A stretch of 64,000 nt of DNA from Microthyrium microscopicum (lineage: Eukaryota). Each line of letters opens with the position of its first letter. Position 1 is the first letter of the stretch. Positions 37,628-50,289 of the stretch are shown piece by piece. The notes beneath the pieces were generated by a model. That model worked only from the letters and a program-made list of their open reading frames with translations. It had not been told where the DNA came from and did not search any database. The stretch spans positions 2,390,627 through 2,454,626 of the forward strand of contig MU004230.1 of assembly GCA_010405405.1 (NCBI GenBank). Reading direction: 5' to 3'. Made by a program: the position numbers and the translations under genes.

Positions 37628-40214
37628 TGCCTCTGGGCTAGGATGTCAGGGTGAGCGGGAGGTGTGAATACAGGCAGGTGTTGTGTAAACGAGGCCGGGT
37701 CCAATGGCTGGATTGAGTGGTTGCGGCCGACAAGGTAGAGCAAGTAGAGTACCTGGAGTCCTGGACTTTTTGCGGGATACTGCCTGTCGGGAAGCTGCGT
37801 GCTGTGCTGATGTTAGATTGGACACCTTGAACACTTCATCAGTAAGGTGCTGGGCAAATTAGGAGAGTATGATTTTGGCCGAACAGAAGGCAGACGAGAG
37901 CAAGAGCCAATGCCAATGCCAATGCCAACAGTCTGTGAGTAGTCCCGTTGGTGCTAGGTTCGCAGCAAGTCTCAAGCTGTAAAGAGCTGGGAGCTTTCTT
38001 TCTTTCCAGGGTTGCAACAACAGAAGCACTCTCCGTAGACTGGCACGACTGGTCGGATAGGGGAGAGCCAAATTGGCATGCACCTGTAGGCTGTAATTGC
38101 TCTAGCACCAACAGGTAGTAAGCGCAATAAATGGGGAGACTCAGCGCGCGCAAAGCAATCAAAGGCCCAAATAGGACTAGCTTGATGAGCCTGGTGTTAT
38201 GTTTCTGGTGCTTGCAGCTTTGGTGCAGCCTCAGGGCAAATAATAGTGCAGGAGGGATGCGAAGCTGGGGGGGTTCTCGGGGCTTATGGAATTAGGAGCA
38301 AATGGAACCAACCTATAAAAAAGCTCCAGCTCTCCCCAATTTCTCTTCTCAACTGTCGCTTTTGCCTTCTCAAGGCCCCCTGGTCAAACGTCGTTGTTGA
38401 ACGCTTGAACGTCGGAGGTGTAGGAGCGGGGGGGGCGGACAATCGAGAGATCCTGCTTGCTGGCCTGACACCAGTGTCACGTTGAACAAACGATTGTTTG
38501 GCTGGGAAACGGGCGCGGGAGGTTGCAGATTTGCAGTAGCAGAGATGAAGGCAAGTTGAAGTTGAGATGGCAGCGTGGGTCTGGAGGAGGTGGCACAAGC
38601 AAAGCCGTGGGATAATGGGACGATGAATTTCCGACAAGAGAAGGAGCGTTTGACGCGAGATGGGAGATGAGAGGAAAGACCGTGCTGAATAGTCACGACG
38701 ACTAGTAAGTCAAAGTCCAATGGTGCAGTAACTGGCTTGCAGCAGCAATCAAAAAATATGTCAATAACAGGTAGCAATGGTTATGAGAAAGTGGAGATGA
38801 GAGATCAAACACTTTTCAGGAAGAGTAAAAGTAGTGGTCAATAATCACCAAGGCTTCGTTAGGAGCGGGTGAGGAGAATGTCATCAAAAGGGGCTCGAAT
38901 ACACAAGAGTGGCTTGAGACAGTGAGTGACAAGCGTCTGGATTATGAATCCCTATCATTGGATCATTACAAGACGACTTCTCTTGCAAGACTGCTTGAGT
39001 CGCTTCCTGGTGAATATCATCTACTTTTGTCCATTGTCAGGCCCTGTAATACGGTAAAGATACATAACTACTACTAAGCATGGTATATAAACAACAAGGA
39101 ATATAGAAAAGCCGATATATATCAACGTAATGCTATTCAACTATTCTATTATGCCTCATTTGGATGTTGACTTCACGACTATGTCCCTATCAAATTCTAA
39201 CCAAGTTCATGAACCCTCCAATAAAAGACCCCAATATAACCATAATACTCCGGCCCCAAATCCCCATCTTTCCGTTCATCAATTCAGGTACCAGGCCAAG
39301 GACATCAGTGCACCACAGCCTCGTCTGCTCATCTACCGTCAAACCTATATATTGTACGAAGTACACCAGTCGCACAATAATTACAACCACCGCGGCTCTA
39401 TTTCGCAATAACTTCAGCGCCTCAGAAGCTATAGGGGCAATATACCGGACCGCAACAAAAAAAACGCCTCTTATGCACGCCTCATGCGACCAACGACTGC
39501 CAAACAGGCCTTCGCTTCCAACAGCGACAGTCACTCGGATTTTCCCCTGGCGGCTGCCAAAAGTGCCATTAACCTCTTCTAATTGGCCCACCCCAGGCCC
39601 GTCTCGCGTGTCCAATTGCACCGGTTCCATTTCTGCCGCTCTTAGCTGTTCTTTTTTTAAACGAAGAGACGTGACGTGCGCGCGTTTGGCAGTTTGCTTA
39701 GTGCTACCCCTGATTTGTGCAGTGGGGGCAATCAAGACCCTGGATTTCTTTGCTGGTTTTCGTGACTCCGTCTGGTTGATTTCTAGACTATCGTTAGACT
39801 ATAGAAGCTTATGTTGGATTCGGTAAGTGTTCCACGTGTCCGTTGTTTATTTTTTGCGTGGAAGCATGAACTGTTCCTGGGGAATGGTCGGAAACGGTTA
39901 TGCAATGGGATTTGTAGGCAGGCAAGGCAGGGCAGGCATGGTATGCCCGCGTGGAAAAGAACAAAACATTGTGTTTGGTACATGTTGTTTATAGCATCTT
40001 GGACATTGAAGATGCCATGAGGCATTGGGGTTATTCTCGAAGCTTTTTCATCGTTCCTTCCGCTTTCGGTAGGAGTTGCAGAAGCTTAAATCAACTCCAT
40101 CAATACCACTTTCGTCACCAAATATAGAGGTCAAGCAACAATGTATATTAGCATCAAAATCCAATGCAGATAAATTCCTTACTACCGAAATGCTTGCACC
40201 GAAAAATAATACTT

Positions 40215-42798
40215 CTAAGCGTCCTTGTCCTTGCTCATCTGCTCCCATCGATCCCGAGCAGTCTCTTTGGTCTTTTCCATAAATGATTCATAACCACCTT
40301 TAGTTCGTCGATCAGCTTCTTCAACTGCATCTCCAAGTTTACTACCAGACGCTCCTAAGCCTACTCCTTGAGCATAGATATCAGTAGCGATAGGTGCAGT
40401 CATGCCGGTCCCTTGAGCTCCCAATCCTTGACCAGAAGTCCAGCCCATTTTGCCCAAGAGCGAGGCTCCCTTGGATGGCGCCTTTTGCTTTGCTTCTTCT
40501 GGTTCGGGAGAGGACTTTGAAGTCTTCGCCGGATTTGGTCGCGCTTTTTTTGGCTGGCCGTGTACGGCTCTGCGCTCTTTGGCACGATCTCGATATTCTA
40601 GTGTATCGGTTGCGGCCGGTTCAGATGCTACTGATGTTATACCAGCCTTCTTCATTTTTGCCGTCGCCTTGGCTACGAGCTCAGCGTTGTTCATATTGTC
40701 GCGATGTAGTTGACTAAGACGTTCGTGTTTGTTGACCTCGGCTTCCGTCTTGAATTGTCTGGAACAGAGGTAGCAGCACATTTTCTTCGGGTTGGCATAT
40801 GACTGAGAAGGAGGCGCTAAACTGTCTTCCTCTGCTTCTTTGGCTGGCTTGTCGCTCATATCTGTTGTAGTCGAGGCATTGTCATCGAATTTCTTGCCAC
40901 CTTCGCCGTGGAGCTCTGCATGGCGGTTTTTCCAAAATTCCAAGTGGGGTGCCACCACTTTCTTGTTTGCACCAGTAGTCGCTATATCGGCTTTGCGCTT
41001 CTTCGATTTGCCGTCGGCGTCCTTGGAGTTCTTGATGATGCCTTCCATGCCGGCAGGATCTAGATTATTTGTGGTGGAAGAAGTGGTTGTATTTGTTTTA
41101 AAATTTGGTGGGGTGTCTGACACAACAAATTCCCGTACATAGGCCTTGGGCTCCCAGTACGCGAGCCTGAGGAGAGGATTCGTAGTGGCAGCAAAGGAGA
41201 ACTTTATATCCTCAGGGCTAACAGGAATATAAGGAACAAACACGCCAGCATGGATATAAGTTGCCAATACAGGTTTTGAAGCAATGGTGAACTTGTCAAT
41301 CGCATCAAACTTTGTCAGTGCAGCTTGCGCATCCTTCAATTGTTAGCTTCATATCTTAATTGAATGGTTAACCTTACCTCCACACTGTGAAATTCCGCAA
41401 AGCCATAACGCCAGCTATCATCGGAGAGGCGATCACGAACAACAAAGACGCGTTTAAGGCTGCCTTCTTGAGCACCAAAATTACTAGTAGCCGTCGTCGA
41501 TGACACCTTGGCTCCCGCTTTCTTATTAGCGTCCGCTTCTGAGACTTTATAAAGCTTAGCCACGCCCTTGGAAAGCAGCTCTTCAGTGACACTGGTTTCC
41601 AACCCTCTTAGCAGAAGAAACTGAGATGGAGTACCATCGAGTGATACATCACTGTCGCCAGTGTTCAGCTGCGGTAAGACCGGAGGAGGTCCTGCCGAAT
41701 AGTCTAAGACGAGTTAGAGGGTTGCTTATGCTTGAAAGACGTAAAAGCAACTTACATGCACGAGAAGCTGAGCATTTGAAGCATTCCTGACGGCGCGCGT
41801 AATTGGTAGTGTCGCACTGTCAAATTGTGAGTCTTTAACTTATAGGTTAGATCCGGCGCTTGTACATTACTGCATAGCCAGTCGGGCTCCGGTGCACGTC
41901 GCTCACGATCTCGGTCGTCTCGCTGGCGGCTGAAAGCGATCGTAACTTTGGTCGTGGATTCCGCATTACCATGAAGTTTTATTTCTGGGTGGTTTTTATC
42001 GAGAAAAGCGGTAGATGCTTGTGAGTCGTGAAATTGAAGGAAGCCAAATTGACGTGACGTCCCTAAGAAGAGATAAGCATAGCCCAACAGCCAGACTCTG
42101 AGCTCATACCAGTTTTGCGATCACGAATGACTCGGATATCTGCCAAGCCTTCGACTTGATAGTATTGCTCCAATTCTGATCTGATCTGTATCCAACAGCC
42201 GACATCTTAGCGCATATTCAACAAAATGGAAAAACTCAAGCCAAATCAGGCGAAAGAAGGTGATGGCCAACGTCATTCTCTGTAATATCCATGGGCAATC
42301 CTTCCATGATAACCTCTCGGTTTGGCGGCCCGCCATACCATGGCGAACGAGCACGTTCCCGACGGGACGGGCTTCTGCTTCGACTTCGACTATCATGACG
42401 TGGCGACCGGTAATCTTCTCTATCCCTGTCTCTGTATTCGCGATTTCGGCGGCTGTAGTCTCGAGGAGGAGATTTGCGATATTGGGCGTTGGGTATGGAA
42501 TCGGACGAATCGTTGTAGTCTAAGCGGTCTGACTGGCCATATCGTGAATCCATGGTATATGGCCCTCTTGGTGGTGATCGTGTTCTTTGATACTCTTAAG
42601 AGCGGAAGTATATTAGCTTGAGTTCCTATTGTAGGCATTAAAAGTTCCCGGTTTTGCTTAAGTACCATGCGGCGAAGAAGGACGTGGCCGTTGGGGAGTG
42701 ACTCGATCGTAGCGGCGCTGGTCATCCGAACCTGTTCTGTAATCACGTTGTGATGACGAGTAATGTGGCGGCTCATGGCCCATATTACGTCCAGACAT
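40215..42798 (-). CDS. RBM5/RBM10-like RNA-binding splicing factor (RRM, RanBP2 Zn finger, RRM, C2H2, G-patch); multi-exon
   Basis: RS-rich N-terminus, SRQFGFLQF, DWLCSN, SWRYGFAEF, CYLCSRQF...HERLSQLH, EYRDRAKERR and G-patch KGASLLGKMGWTSGQGLG. Confidence 0.88.
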
Positions 42799-43042
42799 AT
42801 TTAAAATATAGATGAGAAAAAATGAAACCTCAAGCTTTGAAAGAGTTGATGCCAAAGGATGAATTTGAGCTGCTGAAGTTGGCCTTTGTAGATCCTTCCT
42901 AGTATCCACTAGTCCTTTCTGGGTTCCACCACCCATTCATCTTGATCCTTGGCTTGGTCACTGTGCTGAGAGAGTCAATGTTGAAGTTGTGCTCGATCTC
43001 TACTTTTATCTTGAGCTTCTGTTGCTTCCAGTTCCAGCATAC

Positions 43043-43606
43043 ATGGCGCAAGAGCCTGCAGCAGCTGACCCAAAAGAAGGGAGCTTTTTATCAGAATTGG
43101 ACATTCATGTTGAGCTCACCCATGCTCCGTTGGACATTCAGCGAATTCTAGACTTGACGAAAAGAGACGAAGCTGGGGCAGTCGTAATATTTACAGGTGA
43201 ATATTTACATATATAATTACATCCTCGGACTAATGGGTATTAAGGAACGACTAGAGACACCTTTCAAGGCCGAACAGTCGTGCATCTATCATACTCGTCA
43301 TATCAGCCACTTGCTTTGAAGCGGATGATGGGTATTGCACAGGCAATGAAACAGAAACATTCCTTGAATGCCATTGCCATAGTGCATCGATTAGGCGAAG
43401 TTCCCGTTGGTCAAGAAAGTATCTTGATTGCCGTTTCGACTCCTCATCGAAAAGCTGCCTGGCTGGCAGGTGAGGAAACTCTCGAAGAGGTGAAAGAAAA
43501 AGTCGAGATTTGGAAGTACGAGCGATTCGAAGACGGAGGAGCCTGGCGAGCAAACCGAGATGGTTTTCCAGGGCAAGTCATCGAGAATGCATCTTCAGAG
43601 TCGTGA
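43043..43606 (+). CDS. cnxH: Molybdopterin synthase catalytic subunit (MoaE/MOCS2B); 1 intron 43197-43244
   Basis: [35 protein letters not shown] and [10 protein letters not shown]. Confidence 0.93.
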
Positions 43607-43930
43607 TATTGAAGAGTTGCTGTGGCTCATTGGGAATAGAAGGTGAAACCGCAGCAATCCAGCAAGCTGCGAGACTCATTGTTGGGTGTATTGGAGCCTT
43701 GGAATCTTCGGAAGCATGCTATCAGCAAGTCCATGTCCAGCAACGTCGCAAGCGAAATCCGTAGAGTACCAGGTAACGCGTCAACATACATAGCTCGGTG
43801 CGATGCTCATATTGTCGATAGTAGCAATGCCAGATAGAGCATGCAAAAACAATCATGATTGCGATATCGTCGTTCAGATCCGCCAGACTTCGAAGTATGC
43901 AGCCACAAGAAGCAGAGATGTGCTCAGAGA

Positions 43931-44482
43931 TCACGAAGACGGAGGACCGCGTTCATTAGGTTTATTGTCGTCTTTATTGTCCTCCTCTTCTAACTCAGTG
44001 GCCTCCGCTTTCTCTTTCTTGAAAGCATTCCAAGGTTTTGCGGCTTCAATCCAGCTGCGAACAACGTTTTGAGAACCCCTTTGATCGTCCTCAGAAAGGT
44101 TCAGCTTTAAACGCAACCGCTGTCGCATCTCTTCGAGGCCAGACGTATTAGTAGCCCACATCCAACCGCCTGTGAAGAATATTCCCCAGCTAAAGACATT
44201 GACCGTCGCCACGCTGAATGCCTCTACTGCTTCCAATCCTCCGTCGAATTTTTCTTCTGGGTGATGCATATTCTGTCGAAAATATGTTGGCTTGGCCCAT
44301 TTTATTCGGCGACGAATAGCTCTACGGGTAATAAAAGCTGATATGATGACGAAGTATGCGCCTGCGATCATGGTGCGCATCTGCTTTTTGGATCGTGCCG
44401 CCGGACTATTCGCATCAACATCCGCCTGCGCTTTAGGGTCTATCGCTTGTCCTCCATTTTCATCTTTATCCGCCATTATCAT
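43931..44482 (-). CDS. AIM11: Altered inheritance of mitochondria protein 11-like
   Basis: Two TM segments, ITRRAIRRR...PTYFRQN, and EAFSVATVNVFS...GGWMWA...LEEMRQRLR. Confidence 0.72.
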   Translation of the reverse strand: MIMADKDENGGQAIDPKAQADVDANSPAARSKKQMRTMIAGAYFVIISAFITRRAIRRRIKWAKPTYFRQNMHHPEEKFDGGLEAVEAFSVATVNVFSWGIFFTGGWMWATNTSGLEEMRQRLRLKLNLSEDDQRGSQNVVRSWIEAAKPWNAFKKEKAEATELEEEDNKDDNKPNERGPPSS

Positions 44483-45058
44483 TCGCGATTAGACGAAGCC
44501 CCCAAGTATAATTGATTCGAATTCGCAGTTCGCGTTGCTGTGGTGTTCAAAGGGGTGGATGTATTTGTATGGATTGGTACGGGGATGCGATCGAGAATTA
44601 CTTCAAGCAAGCGCGGCTCATTTTTTGGGTTGAACAGTGATAAATGTTTTAACTAGATCAATAGTCGGTTAGCATTGATCTCCTCTCGCTTGCGAGGACA
44701 AAATACCTGCTGTGGTAGCCTGTGGATCAAGAGCTGTTGTTGTTGAAGGTCCGAGATCTCCGCAACTTTTCTGTCTTCAAAAAAAGTTGTGCCTTGGCAT
44801 TTAAATTGCAATCAAAAGTTCAACCTCCTGCGTCCTCCTCCCAACACATCAATACTGCTCCACTCCTCCTCTGCGCATTGCAGAGTGCTACAGCTTATGT
44901 TCTACTATGTTACTGCGGTGTCTTGTTGAGGAATCGACATTTTGTCTTGAAATTGATTGCATCTGGGGCACAAAGCGAGCACGACGCGAGATCACCAGTC
45001 ATAGGAAAGCGGGTTTGATTGCACGAGAAAGAGTTGATTTTTCATACAGCTATCTACA

Positions 45059-46889
45059 CTAAACAGTGAGCGTATAGTTGATCGAATTCCCAGGTACTCT
45101 AGGAAAGAACTCGAATGTGAAAGTTGCGGGCTTCTTCTTCTGTGCGACTATACCCATCGCATCCTTGGTGATGATAATATTCTTTTCATCCCATTTCCAG
45201 TGATTGTTATAGGTCTATTAACCTGTTACTTTAGGTTTCTACTCAGAGAATGCATTCACTTACCGCATATCCAGCTTGGAGTTTGCCCTTGTATTTCGTC
45301 CAGTCGTCCGCCATGAACTCCCCATCGTTGAACGTTGCCTTCACCGCAGCCACTCTCGGCAGACCTTTCCACGCAATTGGGATCTCAAGATCCTTCCCTG
45401 CTACGGCTTTCGAGGACTTGGCCCCTCCTTGCAGTTGCGGAACGCTCCATTGAACGATCTGGACTCGTGCGCTAGCTCCTGCAGAGAATTGGATTGTTAG
45501 TGTCGTTTTTATGCCAGCTGGTGCCGATGATGATATATGTTTAGCCAGAAAAGCCTTTGTGAAAACGATGTTGGCCTTTCCGTTTCCAGCTGAGACAGTG
45601 TAGTCGGCTGGAGTCGACAAAGCTGAACCATCACTGGCCGTTATCTTCTTGACAGTGTTACCGTTGAGCAGGAAAGGTAAACTTTGATCAGCGACCTCAG
45701 CTCCAACTTTGTGGAAGATGTAGGCACTGGTGAACTGGGTATCGGCTTTGTCGTCAACAGTACTGTCTGCAAGACTGTTCTTGACACCCTTCTGAGCGTT
45801 GACGATAATCTCCATAACTGTTTCATCTCGCCATTGATGCGATTTGCGATCGAGAAAGTCCCCGCCGTTATCCCATAAGATGGTTGCAGTGTTGTACTTA
45901 GCAGCCATGCGAATGAAGTGATCGAACCATTTCCAACGAGCGGCGCTTTCTGTGGAAGCTGCCGACGCTGCATATTCTCCAATGACCAGTGGCACATCGG
46001 TGAAGTTGTTTCTGATCAGCTTGAGGTCGGTTTCCATTGCTGTCAAGTCTTCGTTTGAACCCCATATGGTCTTTCCCCAAGCTGAAAACACAAAGTCGTA
46101 TGGTGAGTAATAGTGATACTGAATAGCCCAAGGATTTTTCCACGACCCAGGTGGCTTTTTGAAGAATTGGCTGGTCTTGATACTGTCCTCTCCAAGTCCG
46201 ACCAAGGTCACCACTCTTTGTGGATTGAAACCTCCTACATCGTTAATAGCCTTCAGAAACACTTCATTGACCCGGTTCATGAAGTCGCCCTGAGCTTTCG
46301 TTGTTCCTTTTGGCTCGTTGATGGGTTCAAATGCGACTAGACTGCTAGTACAGGCGAGTTTTGTGGCAATTTGCGTCCAGACTTTGACAAATTTGGCCTC
46401 TAGATCTTTCTTGTTTGCATTGCCAGACCAGTCGAACCACTCCCAGCTGTCGTGGTGAACATTGACAATAGCATACAAACCACGATCTGTGACTTGCTTG
46501 GTGACTGTAGCGACTCTCTCCAACCAAGCATCATTGATTTTGAAATCCGGGGCTGGTCCAATCTTGGTGGTCCAAGTTACTATAAGAAGCGATGTCAGAA
46601 TGCAATCAATAGTATCGGTGAAGGGAAACTAACTTGGCAATCGGACACTTTTGAATCCAGCCTTCTTGACATCATCGAATGTATCTGGAGTCACTGCAGG
46701 ATTGTTCCAACTTCCTTCATTTGGTACTGCATCCAATGTGTTTCCTAAGTTCCAGCCAGGATCGATCTTTTTAATCCAGTCATTCGCTGTTATAGGCGTG
46801 AATGTTCCAGGGCATTGGACTGCCGCGAACACTGGGGATAGTAATGCGCCTAAAGCGACGACTACTATCCGACTCTTCATCGTGAACAT
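45059..46889 (-). CDS. Secreted GH5 (subfamily 4-like) endoglucanase/xyloglucanase with C-terminal Ig-like (X2) and CBM46-like domains; 3 exons
   Basis: Signal peptide, GWNLGNTLDA, VRLPVTW, NVHHDSW, FEPINEP (acid/base), VIGEY (nucleophile) and LWDNG. The last exon ends FEFFPRVPGNSINYTLTV*. Confidence 0.92.
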
Positions 46890-47144
46890 TATTGCCGAAA
46901 AAGCTATTATACTAGCATTGATTCGAAGTGTTATTCTCGCTTGGCGTGAATAAGTATTTCCAACTGGATTACTAAAATGTCAGTGTCTATATTAAGCAAG
47001 ACACATTGCAAATTCCAAATGAGGGTCTTTACGAATCAGACTCTCGAGTATATTGCATTTAAATTATTCCGACCCAATGGAAAACAAAGTCACAGAAACA
47101 GACAGTAAATTTTCGAGTAATTACCACGGAGGTTTTGACCTCAT

Positions 47145-48600
47145 CTAGCTCTTTGGAGCTTGACACGAGCCAGTAACATTTTTGATCCCATCGCAAGTAA
47201 TGACCCCTTTTCCTCCCTTCTTGGGATTCGTTATTTCAACATTGCGAATTTCAATGTTCTTGCACTCGGCTGTTGTTGAGCATTTCAAGCTACCCACCCA
47301 GTCACGCTTTCCAGAGCTGGTACCCTTTATGTTAATGAATTTCACTCCATCTGTGTTGACCTTGGAAGGAAACTTTCGGCAGACATCTGGCTTGATGTTG
47401 ATGTAGCACTGATCCAGCACAATGGGCTGGTCCACGCCTTGCATGTCAAGGTCTGTGAATGTGATGTTCTTGACATATCCGTATCCTACGTGCTCACCAG
47501 CCCAGGCCTTAATCCGCGCTCCGTTTTGACCACCTACAAATGTAACATTCTTGACAAAGACGTTTGTGATATAGTCAAGCACGCCTGGATACTGGCCAAT
47601 GCTGCCCATGCTGACGCCATGTGTTCCTTTGCACCATACATTTTCGATATGGACATTAGTTGTGTTTGGTTTGGCAGAGTAGCAGTCGTCATCTACCTCC
47701 AATCGCGAATTCGTCAGGCGGAACCCATCGACATTGAACGTGTCGAAACCATCTGTGTTGTGTGGTCGTGCCTTTGTTGTTGACTTGGCTAGGAAGTTGG
47801 TACGATCGAACGTAATGTCTTTGCTGCCAACGAAGAATGTGAACCATGACGGGGAGTTGAGGAAGTTGATGTCTGTGACATCGAGATGAGTAGCATTCTC
47901 AGCGAAGAATGTGACAGGCCGCAAGAAAGTATTACTTGGATCCTGTGTGCATTAGTAGAGCTCTTGATGGCGAACTTTGTCATGGAAAATCATACAGTGA
48001 TGTCTTTCTTGAAACTCTCAAAGGTATCCCACCACTTTTGCCCATTCCCATCCATCGTGCCGCCTCCAAAGATCTTGATATGAGATCCTCCCCATCGCCA
48101 AAATGCGCTACTCTTTTGGAACGGGTGGTAGACATAGGTTTTCGTCCAGTAATCGATGTCGTTCGTGAACTTCGCGTGTCAGCTTTTGCTTCTGCTCGAG
48201 AGATTGAGTTTCCAACCTTGATAGTTCCCTCAAGTTGGACATAAACGTCTTTCAACCAATCCAATTCTAGCTTCTTGCCAATCATATACGTCTTTCCCTT
48301 TGCCAAGTGTAGCAGACCGCCGCCATTCGCTTCGCGCAAACCTTTCTCAAAGTCGGCCGATACATCATCTTTGTCGTCTGCTGATGCGCGAATCGTAACG
48401 ACTTTGCGATCTTTTGCTACGCAATTGCCCCAGTTGTCGGTGCCGGAAGGACAAGCGGCTTTAGCAGCAAAAGAGTTATCGATCCATGCGTCCTGCTTAG
48501 TGAACGCTACGCCTAGATTTGCTCCATCAGGAAGGGCACAAGCTTGACCAAGCAGCCCAGCGCACTGAAGAGTCGAATAGAGCCAGGCTTTGGGCGTCAT
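47145..48600 (-). CDS. Secreted GH28 exo-polygalacturonase-like enzyme; 3 exons
   Basis: Signal peptide, FTNDIDYW, DGNGQKWW, and intact GH28 motifs NTDGFD, DDC, GTHG and RIK. Confidence 0.92.
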
Positions 48601-49127
48601 TGTCGTTGTCTGTTTAAGAGAATACGCGATAGAGAATTGCACCTCTACTGGGCGTCATATTGGTTTATGTTCGAGCTTGGATAACTTCATATCGGACCGA
48701 AATTAGAATAAATATGTCGTCGGTATGTACTAGCAGGGCATCTCCGATCAAGACAAGAGTTATCGATCAAAATAGAGTCTGTTAATCTTTCTGTGGGTTC
48801 AGGGAGGGCTTGAGCCATTCACTCAATGCTTGCCTCGCTTTTGCCTATAACGGAACCATTATAATTATTGACTTCAGCAGTTCCTGTTCCCAAGCTCTGA
48901 AACAATTGAGTTACTGGGTTGGTTAAAAGTGGTGTCGATGTTGAAGAGAGAAACTCTGCGAAGATAGGCTGTGGTTGATCCACATCTGATGTCAACTCCA
49001 CCACCACCCAGCAATCTCAGACATCACCAGTTTCTCCCCAACTCGCGACCTTCTCTCTCACTCTCCAAAAAAACCGAAAACCCCTCTCTGATCCCTCTTC
49101 AAACCCCTTCCACCTAACACCGCCAAA

Positions 49128-50000
49128 ATGCCACCACCCCCGGCACCCACCAAACCCCTCCGCATCCTCATGCTCCACGGCTACACCCAATCCGGTCCCC
49201 TCTTCCGCGCCAAAACCCGGGCCCTCGAAAAACATCTCGCCAAAGCCTTCCCCTCCGGCGCCTCCCTCGTCTATCCCACCGCACCGCACCGACTTTCGCC
49301 CGCCGATATCCCCGTCTGGGACAATTCCGCACCAGCGCCTGTGAGCACTGAACCCCTAGACTGCTATGCATGGTGGACACGCGCCGACACCAATCCGCCA
49401 ACATACACCGGTCTCGCACAAGGACTTGCGCGCGTCGCAGAGTGTTTAAAGACGGAAGGCCCATTTGATGGTGTAGTGGGCTTCTCACAGGGCGGTGCGT
49501 TGGCGGGGATGGTGGCGTCGTTATTAGAGACTGGGCGACCGGAAGCGTTTGGGGCGTATGCGGAGAGTGTGAAGAGCGGTGGAAAATGGTGGGCGGGCGG
49601 TCTAGAAAAGTGGAAGGACTTGAAGTTTGACGCAGACACGTATCCGGCTTCGTTTCTTAATGCGGATGGGACGGTATGTCATGCGCCAATGAAGTTTGCG
49701 GCGATATACAGTGGCTTCAAGGCACCGCATCCAGCGTACGGGGCATATTTTTCACCAAAGATCGCGACGCCGACGGTGCATTTCCTTGGGAGTGTGGATA
49801 CGGTTGTGGTGGAGGACAGGAGTTTGGCGTTGGTGGATGTTTGCGTGGAGCCAAGGATTGTGAGGCATCCGGGAGGACATTTCCTGCCGGCGAGTCAGAA
49901 GGAGTGGGTTGGGGCATTGATTGCGTTTATGAGGGAGAGCTTGGAGAGTAAGGTGGACAAGAAGGAGGAGAGGGTGGAGGATATGGAGTTGCCGTTTTAG
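49128..50000 (+). CDS. FSH1/OVCA2-family serine hydrolase
   Basis: ILMLHGYTQSG, GPFDGVVGFSQGG nucleophile elbow, GSVDTVV and HPGGHF catalytic Asp/His motifs. Confidence 0.92.
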   Translation: MPPPPAPTKPLRILMLHGYTQSGPLFRAKTRALEKHLAKAFPSGASLVYPTAPHRLSPADIPVWDNSAPAPVSTEPLDCYAWWTRADTNPPTYTGLAQGLARVAECLKTEGPFDGVVGFSQGGALAGMVASLLETGRPEAFGAYAESVKSGGKWWAGGLEKWKDLKFDADTYPASFLNADGTVCHAPMKFAAIYSGFKAPHPAYGAYFSPKIATPTVHFLGSVDTVVVEDRSLALVDVCVEPRIVRHPGGHFLPASQKEWVGALIAFMRESLESKVDKKEERVEDMELPF

Positions 50001-50289
50001 AGGTTGGATGGATGGGCATGAGACGTGTAATGACCTGATACTTTGATACCCATAGACTAGATAGACTGAAGATACTTAGATGTGAGCGTATTAATGATAC
50101 ACATAGACTTTGCATGATGCTATTATGTTATTTCTATTCCTCAATCGCATAATCTACAAGCTGGTAGATGCAAAGCTGATCTCTTTGCGTGTGGTTTGCA
50201 CACAACCAGTGTCAGGTCAATGCTCTTTATCCTCATTCCAGAATCGGGATGAGCACACCATCGGAGCCTCTTCGCCAATTTACGAATTT

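Noticed and set aside
39164..39826. Overlapping 220-aa (+) and 181-aa (-) ORFs in the septin upstream region
   Set aside because: Non-ATG starts, no recognisable motifs, and homopolymer runs typical of intergenic or promoter DNA.
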